A DNA stretch of 64,000 bases from an uncultured Fidelibacterota bacterium (GTDB lineage Bacteria > Fidelibacterota > Marinisomatia > Marinisomatales > Marinisomataceae): NCBI GenBank assembly GCA_902526795.1, contig CABZMF010000001.1, forward strand, positions 71,458 through 135,457, in the 5' to 3' direction. The position numbers and the translations under genes were made by a program. Below are positions 19,279-29,082 of the stretch, piece by piece. Under the pieces are notes generated by a model. The model did no database searches. It worked only from the letters and a program-made list of their open reading frames with translations, and was not told where the DNA came from. Positions within the stretch are counted from its first letter, which is position 1; every line of letters begins with the position of its first letter.

Positions 19279-20289
19279 ATGAAAGTAAAAGCAGAATATA
19301 TTTGGATTGATGGGTATGAACCAACAGCAAATTTGAGATCAAAAACAAAAGTTTTAGAGACAGTAGTTTCCTCTGTTTCAGAGCTTCCTACATGGGGTTT
19401 TGACGGATCTAGCACTTTGCAAGCAGATGGAGGAGACAGTGATTGCATGTTGAAACCTGTATGGATGTGTCCAGATCCGATTCGCGGAGGTGATAATATA
19501 TTGGTTATGAATGAAGTATGTAATCCAGATGGAACTCCCCATAGATCTAATTCTAGAGCGGCTTTAGTCGAAATAGCTGAAAAATTTAAAGAACATAATC
19601 CGTGGTTTGGTATCGAGCAAGAGTATACATTAATGGATGGGAAACAACCTGCTGGATGGCCAAAAGAAGGATTTCCTGAAAGACCCCAAGGCCCATACTA
19701 TTGTAGTGTCGGAGCAGAAGACGTAGCTGCCCGCGCAATGGTTGAGGATCACTTAGATTTATGTTTAGATGCTGGTCTAGAAGTATCAGGTATAAATGCA
19801 GAGGTTATGCTTGGTCAGTGGGAGTATCAAGTAGGACCACTTCCAGCGCTTGAAGTAGGAGATCAATTATGGGTTGCAAGATGGTTACTCGAAAGGGTAG
19901 GAGAAGAATATGGCTTAAGAGTTGAACTTCATCCAAAGCCGATAAAAGGAGATTGGAATGGTTCTGGGGCCCATATTAACTATAGCACAGAATCAATGCG
20001 TGCAGATGGAGGACTAAAGGTTATTGAAGATGCATGTGAAAAACTTGGTAAAAATATAGATAAACATATATCTGTATACGGAGATGCTAATGCAGAGCGA
20101 TTAACCGGCGACCATGAGACGTGCAGCATAAATGAATTCAAATATGGAGTTAGTGATAGGGGAGCATCCATTAGAATCCCCATGGGAGTAGCAAATGAAG
20201 GTAAAGGTTACTTAGAAGATAGAAGACCTGCTTCAAATGTAGACCCTTACAAAGCTTGCGCAGCTTTAATAGATACTACTTGTAGTTAA
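19279..20289 (+). CDS. glnII: Glutamine synthetase, type II (eukaryote-like GSII)
   Basis: 336 aa. AEYIWIDG N-terminus, GFDGSSTLQA, WFGIEQEYTL, GINAEVMLGQWEYQVGP, HPKPIKGDWNGSGAHINYS, ASIRIP motifs and GSII-typical length. Confidence 0.85.
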   Translation: MKVKAEYIWIDGYEPTANLRSKTKVLETVVSSVSELPTWGFDGSSTLQADGGDSDCMLKPVWMCPDPIRGGDNILVMNEVCNPDGTPHRSNSRAALVEIAEKFKEHNPWFGIEQEYTLMDGKQPAGWPKEGFPERPQGPYYCSVGAEDVAARAMVEDHLDLCLDAGLEVSGINAEVMLGQWEYQVGPLPALEVGDQLWVARWLLERVGEEYGLRVELHPKPIKGDWNGSGAHINYSTESMRADGGLKVIEDACEKLGKNIDKHISVYGDANAERLTGDHETCSINEFKYGVSDRGASIRIPMGVANEGKGYLEDRRPASNVDPYKACAALIDTTCS

Positions 20290-20307
20290 ATTATTAAATT
20301 ATGGCTT

Positions 20308-21342
20308 ATGATTAACGATAAGCTATTAAATTGGTTTGATCAAAACAAAAGAGATCTCCCGTGGAGGCACTATAGAGACCCTTATCGAGTTTGGGTATCA
20401 GAAATCATGTTACAACAAACTCAAGTCAAAACTGTAGTTCCATATTTTCAAAGATGGATGAAAAGATATCCTACCCTTAAAACTTTAAAAAATGCTAACT
20501 ATGAAGATGTTCTAAAAATGTGGGAAGGTTTAGGTTACTATTCTAGATGTAAAAATATTTATAAGACATCCCAGTTAATCAATTGCTCATTGCCCAATAA
20601 TTATCAAGATTTAATAAAACTTCCTGGCATCGGTGACTATACTGCAAAAACAATTTTATCCATTGCTTTTGAACTGCCCTACGTCGGAATTGATACAAAT
20701 CTAGAAAGAGTTGGCTATAGAATTTTAGGACTTAAATCTAAAACAAAAAGAAATCATAAAAGAGTTGTTAAGTTTTTGGAAGCAAATCAAGACAAAAATA
20801 GACCGGGTGATTACAACGAGGCATTAATGGATTTAGGAAGTTCCATATGTAGCTCACAAACTACTTATTGTACTGAATGCCCATTATCAAAAGATTGTAG
20901 AGCTTATGTTTCATTGTCACCAACTTCTTATCCAAAAAGTGGAATTTCAAAAAAAGTCCCCGAGTATAATGTTGCTGTTTCACTAATAAAACATAAAAAT
21001 AAATTCTTAATTACTAGAAGATCAAATACAAAATTTTTATCTGGATTATGGGAGTTTCCAGGCGGAAAAATTGAAAAAAGCGAAACTGCGCGACAAGCAA
21101 TAATTAGAGAAGTTAAAGAAGAAACAAATTTAAATATTTTTAACCCAACTTATTTAGGAAATGTTAAACATAAATATTCACATTTTGGAGTGAATATATC
21201 TTTGTTTATTTCTAGTCCTGAATCAATAAAAAAGCTAAACATTAAACAAGAACATAAATGGATAAACCTAAAGAGTATTGATAAATATCCGTTACCCAAA
21301 GCAAATCATAAAATGTTAGATATTCTTCAAAAGTTCTATTAA
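20308..21342 (+). CDS. mutY: A/G-specific adenine DNA glycosylase MutY with a C-terminal Nudix (MutT-like) domain
   Basis: 344 aa. DLPWRHYRDPYRVWVSEIMLQQTQV, HhH (LPGIGDYTA), 4Fe-4S Cys cluster C-x6-C-x2-C-x5-C (CSSQTTYCTECPLSKDC), and a Nudix box region (GLWEFPGGKIEKSETARQAIIREVKEE). Confidence 0.9.
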   Translation: MINDKLLNWFDQNKRDLPWRHYRDPYRVWVSEIMLQQTQVKTVVPYFQRWMKRYPTLKTLKNANYEDVLKMWEGLGYYSRCKNIYKTSQLINCSLPNNYQDLIKLPGIGDYTAKTILSIAFELPYVGIDTNLERVGYRILGLKSKTKRNHKRVVKFLEANQDKNRPGDYNEALMDLGSSICSSQTTYCTECPLSKDCRAYVSLSPTSYPKSGISKKVPEYNVAVSLIKHKNKFLITRRSNTKFLSGLWEFPGGKIEKSETARQAIIREVKEETNLNIFNPTYLGNVKHKYSHFGVNISLFISSPESIKKLNIKQEHKWINLKSIDKYPLPKANHKMLDILQKFY

Positions 21343-21350
21343 TATAAAAA

Positions 21351-22064
21351 ATGATAAATTATTTTTTTTCAATTATAGCTTTATTATTATTCGTTCCTTT
21401 ATTCATTCTAATTATGATAATTGGCATACTACTTTCTTATATAACACATTCAAGAAATTTTTATAGTCTTTTTACTCATAACTCCTGCAAAGTATTAATG
21501 CTATCATGTTTTCAGCGATTTAATGTATTAGGGAATGTTCCAAAGAAAGAAAATGGTCCTTATGTATTTATGTTTAATCATGCATCTATGTTTGATGCTT
21601 TTATGCTTGGTGGATCTATCCCTTTTTATATAAATGCTATAGGTTGGGAAGGTATTTTCAAATGGCCTCTTTGGGGATTTTTCGCAAAAAGATATGGAGC
21701 TTATTCAATAACTCATGATAATACTGATAGTGCAATAAAAACACTTGAAGCTGCAGAAAAAATTTTACTACAGGATGGTGATAGCATGATACTTTCTCCA
21801 GAAGGTCAAAGAACAATCACTGGTGAATTAGGTGAATTTAAAAAAGGCGGTTTCCATTATGTCAAAAATACTAATATTGCTTCAATTGTACCCGTTGGAC
21901 TTAAGGGTGCATTTGAAGCCAATAAAAGAACGAGCTGGAAAATAAATCCAGGGAATTTAACAGTAGTTTTTGGTGAGCCGATCTTACCATTAGATTATAA
22001 AGAATTATCTGTTGAACAATTAAGGGATTTGACAAAAAAAAGAATTTCAGAACTTTTAGTTTAA
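21351..22064 (+). CDS. 1-acyl-sn-glycerol-3-phosphate acyltransferase-family protein (PlsC-like)
   Basis: 237 aa. N-terminal TM helix, HX4D acyltransferase motif (NHASMFD) and SPEGQRT motif. Confidence 0.7.
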   Translation: MINYFFSIIALLLFVPLFILIMIIGILLSYITHSRNFYSLFTHNSCKVLMLSCFQRFNVLGNVPKKENGPYVFMFNHASMFDAFMLGGSIPFYINAIGWEGIFKWPLWGFFAKRYGAYSITHDNTDSAIKTLEAAEKILLQDGDSMILSPEGQRTITGELGEFKKGGFHYVKNTNIASIVPVGLKGAFEANKRTSWKINPGNLTVVFGEPILPLDYKELSVEQLRDLTKKRISELLV

Positions 22065-23309
22065 ATATCTAATTTTAGGATGAAGTAATCCTGCTATTCC
22101 ACATAAGCCTGCAAGTAAGCCAAAAAGTAAAAATATTTCATGAATGCTTATAAATTCTGCCAAAAATCCTATCATACCACTAGAAACAGCTGTCATACTA
22201 AGAATTGAAACTGATATGATAGCAAAAATTCTTCCCAACAATTTTTCTGGAATATTTTTTTGCATAATAGAGACTCTTGAAATAATTAAAAAAGGTATTC
22301 CAATACCATGCATGCAAGAGAAAAAATTAAGCTGATTCATTGTCTCTACAAAATAATATAAACAAAAGCTTGCACCGTCAATAAAAAGACCCAACAAAAA
22401 TAAAGTACCATGATTAAATCTATGTCCAATTTTATAAACTGTAGCTGTTCCTATTAACATTCCTAAACCTACAAAAGCCTCTACCAAAGCAAAATCTGAA
22501 GCAGTACCCCCTAAATGTAACTTTACTAATATTGGTATTCCAACAATTGCAGGTCCCATTACAAAAAGGTTACTCAATAGCGTCAATAAAATAATAAAAG
22601 CAAAAGTTGTATGTTCTTTCAAGTATATTAAACCTTCTTTGGTTTTGTTAAAAATTTTGTCAAAATTTATTTCTTCTTTTTCAACTTGATCTTTTGGGGC
22701 CAAAGAAGATATAAAAGCAGCTATAAAGTAGAAAAAAAGACAAAAAACAAATAGGTTTTCAACATTATATACCAGTAATAGCTGTGCAGCTATAATTGGA
22801 CCAATTAACACTGCGGTTTGCCAAGATATATTTACAATTGAATTGGCTTTCAATAGTCCGTCTTTTTCAATTTGCGTTGGTAAATATGCATTAAATGCTG
22901 GTACCATAGGTAAGCCAAAGGCATTATGAAAAAAAGCAATCATAACTATAATCCAAACAGATTTGATGTCCAAAAAAAAGAGAATTGGAATTACTGATAA
23001 AATTAAACCCTGCATTATGGTTGCAAACGATATCATTTTAGTTTTTGAAAAGAGATCAACAACCGCACCAATAAATAGTCCACATAGAATGGCAGGTAAA
23101 TAAGATGTCATAGCTACGATTCCCGTTATTTTTTCAGAGTTTGTTAGTTCCAAGACAAGCCATATGAATGCTACGTCATATATGGATCGAGCAATTGAAT
23201 TCATTAAAGGAACCGTAAGTAAAAATAGATTTAATTTTTTATCTTCAAACATAGAAGCGAAACTACGTATAATTGAAAAATAAGTTGATAATTTTATAAC
23301 ATTTTTCAC
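22056..23309 (-). CDS. MFS transporter
   Basis: 417 aa with ~12 predicted TM helices and an MFS-like layout. Its 3' end overlaps the convergent plsC-like gene by 9 nt. Confidence 0.7.
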   Translation of the reverse strand: MKNVIKLSTYFSIIRSFASMFEDKKLNLFLLTVPLMNSIARSIYDVAFIWLVLELTNSEKITGIVAMTSYLPAILCGLFIGAVVDLFSKTKMISFATIMQGLILSVIPILFFLDIKSVWIIVMIAFFHNAFGLPMVPAFNAYLPTQIEKDGLLKANSIVNISWQTAVLIGPIIAAQLLLVYNVENLFVFCLFFYFIAAFISSLAPKDQVEKEEINFDKIFNKTKEGLIYLKEHTTFAFIILLTLLSNLFVMGPAIVGIPILVKLHLGGTASDFALVEAFVGLGMLIGTATVYKIGHRFNHGTLFLLGLFIDGASFCLYYFVETMNQLNFFSCMHGIGIPFLIISRVSIMQKNIPEKLLGRIFAIISVSILSMTAVSSGMIGFLAEFISIHEIFLLFGLLAGLCGIAGLLHPKIRYLN

Positions 23310-23347
23310 ATTCGTTGTCTATTTTTATAATTAACCAATATTATTTA

Positions 23348-24457
23348 ATGGATAAAAATCAAATATTAGAACAATTAAAAAAAATCAATTATCCAGGATT
23401 TAACAGAGATATTGTTTCTTTTGGAATGGTTAAAGAGGTTGTTATTGATCAAAATACAGTAACAATTATTCTCTCAATTTCTTCTTCAAATGATGAAAAG
23501 AAAAATAAATTAGTTCAAGATATTACTGATAATCTTATTGTCAGAGGTTACGAGCTTAAAATCAAGGTTTTAGATAAACCGCCAAAAAGCACTATTGTTG
23601 ACACATCTAATAAAGATGCTAATGTTGAAGGAAATATAAAAAATATAATTGCTGTTGCCAGTGGAAAGGGGGGTGTTGGAAAATCAACAATTGCCTTAAA
23701 TTTAGCTGCCGCATTATCAACCTCAGGTTACAAGACTGGATTATTAGACTTGGATATTTATGGACCCTCTCTTCCAATTACAATGAGTATTAATGAAAAC
23801 CCTCTAGTGAATGATCAACAAAAAATTATTCCTTTGAAAAAAGACGATTTAAAATTGATGAGTTTTGGGTTTATAAGTGGAAACCAAGCACCGGTTGTTT
23901 GGAGAGGACCATTAGTTGCAAAAATGACTGAACAATTTTTCAAAGACGTAATTTGGGGTGATCTAGACTACTTAATACTCGATCTTCCTCCAGGTACAGG
24001 GGATGTTCAATTAACCCTGTCGCAAAAAATTCCATTAGATGGTGCAATAATTGTCACAACACCTAATGATATTGCTCTCACTGATGTTAGAAAAGGTGCA
24101 GATATGTTTAACAAGGTCAAAACACCCTTATTAGGTGTTGTTGAGAATATGTCATTCATGGAAATTAATGGTAATTTAAGAGTTCCTGATGAAGAAAAAT
24201 CTAATATTGAATTATTCTTAAATGACAAAAGAATTTCTCTGAATGATGATATGTCTTTTAGTCATAAATTTCATTTATTTAAACAGGGTGGCGGTCTTAA
24301 AGAAAGTGAACGTCTTGATATCCCACTTCTTGGAGAAATCCCATATTCAGAAGATTTGATGAAATCTATTGATGAAGGAGAGCCGCTAGTTTTTTCAGAT
24401 ATTTCACATCCTATTTCAAATATCTTTGTTAAGATAGCCAAATCCATTGAAGAATAA
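23348..24457 (+). CDS. Mrp/ApbC/NBP35-family P-loop ATPase homologue (cysteine-free variant)
   Basis: N-terminal DUF59-like domain (INYPGFNRDIVSFGMV), deviant Walker A (ASGKGGVGKST), LDLPPGTGD. I prefer the ATG at 23348 over the TTG at 23315. The expected CXXC after VENMS is absent. Confidence 0.8.
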   Translation: MDKNQILEQLKKINYPGFNRDIVSFGMVKEVVIDQNTVTIILSISSSNDEKKNKLVQDITDNLIVRGYELKIKVLDKPPKSTIVDTSNKDANVEGNIKNIIAVASGKGGVGKSTIALNLAAALSTSGYKTGLLDLDIYGPSLPITMSINENPLVNDQQKIIPLKKDDLKLMSFGFISGNQAPVVWRGPLVAKMTEQFFKDVIWGDLDYLILDLPPGTGDVQLTLSQKIPLDGAIIVTTPNDIALTDVRKGADMFNKVKTPLLGVVENMSFMEINGNLRVPDEEKSNIELFLNDKRISLNDDMSFSHKFHLFKQGGGLKESERLDIPLLGEIPYSEDLMKSIDEGEPLVFSDISHPISNIFVKIAKSIEE

Positions 24458-24472
24458 TATGAAAGTTTACTA

Positions 24473-25147
24473 ATGAATCATCTTGCAATTATAATGGATG
24501 GCAACGGAAGATGGGCCATTAATCGAAAAAAACCACGCGTTTTTGGACATAAAGAAGGTGCACAAGTTGCAAAAAAAATTATAAATGATTGTGTAAATAG
24601 AAAAATTCCATATTTAACCCTTTATACCTTTTCAAAAGAAAATTGGTCGAGGCCCCCAAAGGAAGTAGACACATTGATGAATTTATTATCAACAATGCTT
24701 GAGAGTGAACTAGATAATATGTTAAGGAACAATATTAGGTTTAATGTAGTTGGTAAAATAGAGGACTTACCTAGAAAAACAAGGGAATTTACTTTAAATA
24801 GTATTGAAATGACTAAAAATAATACAGGGTTAGTTTTAACATTAGCTCTGAGTTATGGAGGAAGACAAGAGATAATAGATGCTATTAATTCAATGATAAA
24901 TAGTAGAGAAAAAATAATTAATGAAGAAATTCTCAAAAATCACTTATATTGCCCTGAATTACCAGATCCTGACTTAATTATTAGAACAGCAGGAGAATAT
25001 AGGCTAAGCAACTTTTTACTATGGCAATCAGCATATGCTGAAATTTATACTAGTTCCAAAAATTGGCCTGAATTTGGAGAAAAGGATTTAGAAAAAGCGC
25101 TAAATGAATATGAAAGAAGAAACAGAACTTTTGGAAAAGTACAATAA
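24473..25147 (+). CDS. uppS: Di-trans,poly-cis-undecaprenyl-diphosphate synthase
   Basis: 224 aa. HLAIIMDGNGRWA, LTLYTFSKENWSRP, IRTAGEYRLSNFLLWQSAYAE motifs. Confidence 0.95.
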   Translation: MNHLAIIMDGNGRWAINRKKPRVFGHKEGAQVAKKIINDCVNRKIPYLTLYTFSKENWSRPPKEVDTLMNLLSTMLESELDNMLRNNIRFNVVGKIEDLPRKTREFTLNSIEMTKNNTGLVLTLALSYGGRQEIIDAINSMINSREKIINEEILKNHLYCPELPDPDLIIRTAGEYRLSNFLLWQSAYAEIYTSSKNWPEFGEKDLEKALNEYERRNRTFGKVQ

Positions 25148-25148
25148 A

Positions 25149-27527
25149 ATGAATATTGTCAAAATACTAATTTTAATATTTTGTTTTGCAGGACAAATAT
25201 TTCCTCAGCAAGTTACCTTAGCGCGTGTAAATGTTGAAGGTAATACAACAACTTCTGATAAAATGATTAAATATTCTGCTGGTTTAAGAGACGGTACACA
25301 AATTCAACGTTCAGATATCTCGACAGCTGTCACAAGACTATGGGATCTAGGTCTTTTTGAAGATGTTAACATTATTTTAAATAATGAGTCTCAGTACGGT
25401 GTAGAAATAACAATTAAAGTTTCTGAAAGTCCTATTTTAAATCAGGTTCTCTTTGAAGGAATGAATGTTCGAGAAGGAAGATTTAGAGAAAAAATTGAAT
25501 TAAAATCTGGTCAAAGAATTAAACCAAATTCAATTGATAAAGCCTCTAGAAAAATTGCTGAAATTTATAAAGAAGATGGATACTTCAATATTGAGGTCTA
25601 TCCAACAGTCATCGTTCCTAAAGATACAATTGTAAGGGTAGACTATGCTAGAGATGTCTTATTTACAATTAAAGAAAATAAAAGATATCAGTTAAAAGAT
25701 ATTGTTTTTAATGGTAATGAAAGTTTTTCAAATCGTCAGCTTAGAAAAGAGTTATCTAATACAAAACAAAAAAGATGGTGGACATTTTGGGTTAAAAGCT
25801 ATGATCCAAAAACTTTTTCAGAAGATAAAGAAAATTTAAAAATATTTTATCAAAATGAAGGTTACAGAGATTTTAGGGTATTAAGTGATTCTCTACTAGT
25901 TAATGATGAGGATTCTTCTCTTACTCTCAATATTAAGGTTGAAGAGGGCCCCAAATATTTTTACAGAAATTTTGTTTTTGAAGGTAACGAAATTGCTCAA
26001 GAAGAGGAATTAAGCAGGTTGCTTGGTATACAACCTGGAGATATGTTTAACCAAGAGCAATTTGACAAGTCTGTTTATGAGAATATGATGAGTACATATC
26101 AAGATAAAGGATATATTTTTAGTAGTGTAACTCCAGAAATAGTACCAACCGGACAAGATTCTCTTGATGTTAAGTTTATTTTCAATGAAGGAAATAAAGT
26201 ATTTGTCGAAAACATTTTTGTTTCAGGAAATGAAAAGACAAGAGAAAACGTAATTAGAAGAGAGTTAAAACTTTATCCAGGAGATGTCTTTAATAGGTCA
26301 AAATTAATGCGAAGTCAAAGAGATATATGGATTTTAAATTATTTTGATAATGTTATTCCAGATGTCACTCCTATTTCCGATGATAAAGTTAATCTTGATT
26401 TTGTGGTAGCTGAAAAAAAATCTACACAACGAATTAATGCTAATGTTGGATTCACTGGAGAGTACGGTGTAACTGGAGGAGCTGGAGTCGAGTTTGATAA
26501 TTTTAGAGGTAAAGGACAAAAACTCAACATAGGTGTAAGTACTGGTACAAATTTTTCAGTTTATACTACACAAGAACCATCAAAATATAGGTCACTTAAC
26601 GTAAGTTTTCAAGATCCTATGATAAATGACAGTCCTTATCTTGTTGGAGCCTCTCTTTTTTATTCTTTTAGAGGCTCTTCTACCAATTATTATTTCCCAC
26701 TGGATTTTACAGTTGGAGGTGCTGTTGCAAGCTTTGGAAGAAGATTAGAGTGGCCAGATGATTTTTTTAGAGTTATGTGGTCAGCAAAGTTTATGCAAAA
26801 AGAGTATGAGGGATCTCAGGATGATATTGATAACTATATTGGAGGTCTTCAAAAAACCAGAGGTTTGAGTTTATCGCAAGTACTTTCAAGAGATAGTAGA
26901 AATAGAGCTGAATTTCCAACTAATGGTTCAACTTTCATTCTTGAAAATACCTATTCAGGTGGATTTTTAGGAGGGAACGAAAATTTTCAAAAACATATGT
27001 TAACGCTCGATTGGTTTACACCAACTTTTTCAAAATTCGTCCTTTATAATTCCGTTAAGCTTGGAGTGATTAAAACTTTAGATGTTGGAGATAACGTACA
27101 ATCATTTGTCCCTTTTGATGAAAGATTTATTATGGGTGGTAATGGTATTCCTTATGGGAATGCTCTAAGAGGGTATCCTGATAATGCTATTGGACCTCAA
27201 ACTGTTACTGGACAAGCGGTAGGAGGTAATTCAATGGGTAGATTTATTACAGAATTAAGATTTCCACTATCTGAGAATCCAGTTATTTACATTATGGCTT
27301 TTGGAGAAATGGGTAATGTTTGGAATACATCTGCATTGACAGAGCCATTTTACATTGATAGATTTAACACAATTTCCATGAAAAAGTCTGCTGGAGTTGG
27401 TGTTAGGTTTTTTATGCCAGGTATTGGTAAATTAGGTTTTGATATGGGCTATGGTTTTGATGATATAAATGGTGATGGAGATGCTCAAGGCTGGGAGTAT
27501 ACTATTACTTTTGGTCAAACTTTTTAA
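25149..27527 (+). CDS. bamA: Outer membrane protein assembly factor BamA
   Basis: About 792 aa from ATG 25149 (signal peptide MNIVKILILIFCFAGQIFPQQ). POTRA repeats and a C-terminal Omp85 barrel ending ...ITFGQTF. The track start at 25104 would overlap uppS by 44 nt. uppS-bamA-skp-lpxD context. Confidence 0.9.
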   Translation: MNIVKILILIFCFAGQIFPQQVTLARVNVEGNTTTSDKMIKYSAGLRDGTQIQRSDISTAVTRLWDLGLFEDVNIILNNESQYGVEITIKVSESPILNQVLFEGMNVREGRFREKIELKSGQRIKPNSIDKASRKIAEIYKEDGYFNIEVYPTVIVPKDTIVRVDYARDVLFTIKENKRYQLKDIVFNGNESFSNRQLRKELSNTKQKRWWTFWVKSYDPKTFSEDKENLKIFYQNEGYRDFRVLSDSLLVNDEDSSLTLNIKVEEGPKYFYRNFVFEGNEIAQEEELSRLLGIQPGDMFNQEQFDKSVYENMMSTYQDKGYIFSSVTPEIVPTGQDSLDVKFIFNEGNKVFVENIFVSGNEKTRENVIRRELKLYPGDVFNRSKLMRSQRDIWILNYFDNVIPDVTPISDDKVNLDFVVAEKKSTQRINANVGFTGEYGVTGGAGVEFDNFRGKGQKLNIGVSTGTNFSVYTTQEPSKYRSLNVSFQDPMINDSPYLVGASLFYSFRGSSTNYYFPLDFTVGGAVASFGRRLEWPDDFFRVMWSAKFMQKEYEGSQDDIDNYIGGLQKTRGLSLSQVLSRDSRNRAEFPTNGSTFILENTYSGGFLGGNENFQKHMLTLDWFTPTFSKFVLYNSVKLGVIKTLDVGDNVQSFVPFDERFIMGGNGIPYGNALRGYPDNAIGPQTVTGQAVGGNSMGRFITELRFPLSENPVIYIMAFGEMGNVWNTSALTEPFYIDRFNTISMKKSAGVGVRFFMPGIGKLGFDMGYGFDDINGDGDAQGWEYTITFGQTF

Positions 27528-27542
27528 ATAAGGAGAATAAAA

Positions 27543-28058
27543 GTGTATAAAAAAATATTAATAATATTGCTATTAACAGGAATTGCTTTTTCACAACAAA
27601 AAATCGGTATAGTATTTTCTGAAAAGATTAGGCTAGATTTTGAAGAGTTCAAGGATGTTGAACAACAGTTACAGCTTGAGCTAGAAGTAATTCAAAAAGA
27701 ATATCAATCCATGGCAACTGAATTAGATAGTATGGTTAAAGAATATGAGCAGCAAAGTCTCATGATGTCCGAAGAGCTAAAAAAAGCTAAAGAGCAGGAC
27801 ATAGTTGATATGAATAATTCAATGCAAAGCTATCAATTATCTAAGGTTGGCCCAAATGGTGAACTCACAAGAAAACAAGCTCAACTAGAATTTGAATTGG
27901 TAGAAAAATTTAAAACAGCTGTGAATGCTGTAGCTATTTCTAAAGGCTTCGATTTAATTATCGATGGATCTCAAGCTTCATTGTACACAAAACCAACAAT
28001 TGATTTAACAGATGATGTACTTTATGAGCTAAGAAAGACTAATCAGTCAACAGAATAA
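27543..28058 (+). CDS. skp: OmpH/Skp-family periplasmic chaperone
   Basis: 171 aa, GTG start after a TAAGGAGA Shine-Dalgarno. Signal peptide and a coiled-coil E/Q/K-rich body. Canonical position between bamA and lpxD. Confidence 0.7.
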   Translation: MYKKILIILLLTGIAFSQQKIGIVFSEKIRLDFEEFKDVEQQLQLELEVIQKEYQSMATELDSMVKEYEQQSLMMSEELKKAKEQDIVDMNNSMQSYQLSKVGPNGELTRKQAQLEFELVEKFKTAVNAVAISKGFDLIIDGSQASLYTKPTIDLTDDVLYELRKTNQSTE

Positions 28059-28071
28059 GAGGGTAATACTT

Positions 28072-29082
28072 GTGATTACTCTTAAAGAGTTAGCCAAAAA
28101 AGTGGGCGGAGAGTTAATTGGTGATGAATCAATTAATATTTCGTCTGTAGATGATATAAAATCAGCATCGAAAGATTCTATTGCTTTTGCTTTTTTACCT
28201 AAGTACAAAAAAGAAATAAGTTTTTCAAAAGCGTCTGCTTTCATCGTTTTATCAAAGAATGACCTGAACGATGAATCTGGGATTGTAGTAGAAAATCCAT
28301 ACATATCCATGATACAAATATTGGATTTTTTTGACAGTAGACCAGTACCGATTTTAAGCATATCAAAGCAATCTGTAATTGATACAACTGTGTTAAAGCC
28401 AAAAAATATTCATGTAGGCTCTTTTTCTGTCATTGATCATGGAGTTTCTCTAGGGGAAAATGTATTTATAGGTAATGGGGTCAAAATTAATGCGGGCTCT
28501 ATCGTTGGTGATAATACTGTTATTCATGACAATGTTGTATTATATGACAACACAATAATAGGTAAAAATTCTGTAATTCATTCTGGAAGCGTGATTGGAT
28601 GTGATGGTTTTGGTTACCATACAATTAAAGATAATCACCATAAAATTCCTCATATTAAATCAGTCATAGTTGGGGATAATGTGGAAATTGGAGCATCTTG
28701 TACAATCGACAGGGGATCAGTAAAAAATACAGTTATATCTGATTATTCAAAGTTAGATAATTTAGTTCATATAGCACATAATGTAACTATTGGAATAGGA
28801 TGTTTACTTGCAGCAGGAGTTTTCATTGGAGGAAGTACTAATGTTGAAGATTATGTCACTATTGCCGGTAAAAGCGATATAGGTCCACACATTAATATAG
28901 GATCAAAATCTGTTATAGGTGCACGTTCTTGTGTTATAAAATCTCTAAAAGGATCTGAAACGTACGCAGGTAATCCAGCAAGACCATTGAGAGAGAAGTT
29001 AAAAAGGGATGCAATTTTAACAAGATTTGAAATCCTTGAAAAAAAGTTAAAAAAAGATGGCAGCCAAACAAAAAACAATTAG
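28072..29082 (+). CDS. lpxD: UDP-3-O-acylglucosamine N-acyltransferase
   Basis: 336 aa, GTG start. N-terminal LKELAKKVGGELIGD, then long hexapeptide (left-handed beta-helix) repeats and the HIAHNV motif. Confidence 0.9.
   Translation: MITLKELAKKVGGELIGDESINISSVDDIKSASKDSIAFAFLPKYKKEISFSKASAFIVLSKNDLNDESGIVVENPYISMIQILDFFDSRPVPILSISKQSVIDTTVLKPKNIHVGSFSVIDHGVSLGENVFIGNGVKINAGSIVGDNTVIHDNVVLYDNTIIGKNSVIHSGSVIGCDGFGYHTIKDNHHKIPHIKSVIVGDNVEIGASCTIDRGSVKNTVISDYSKLDNLVHIAHNVTIGIGCLLAAGVFIGGSTNVEDYVTIAGKSDIGPHINIGSKSVIGARSCVIKSLKGSETYAGNPARPLREKLKRDAILTRFEILEKKLKKDGSQTKNN

Noticed and set aside
25104-25148. N-terminal extensions proposed by the ORF track for bamA (25104), ispE (11940), the mrp-like gene (23315), the sulfotransferase (51603), gpmA (54527), the class IV aminotransferase (58596), the M1 peptidase (60374) and the TBDR (49018)
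   Set aside because: In each case an internal ATG gives a native-looking N-terminus (signal peptide, lipobox or conserved family start). It also removes a long overlap with the upstream gene or tRNA, and for the TBDR it places the start behind a Shine-Dalgarno.
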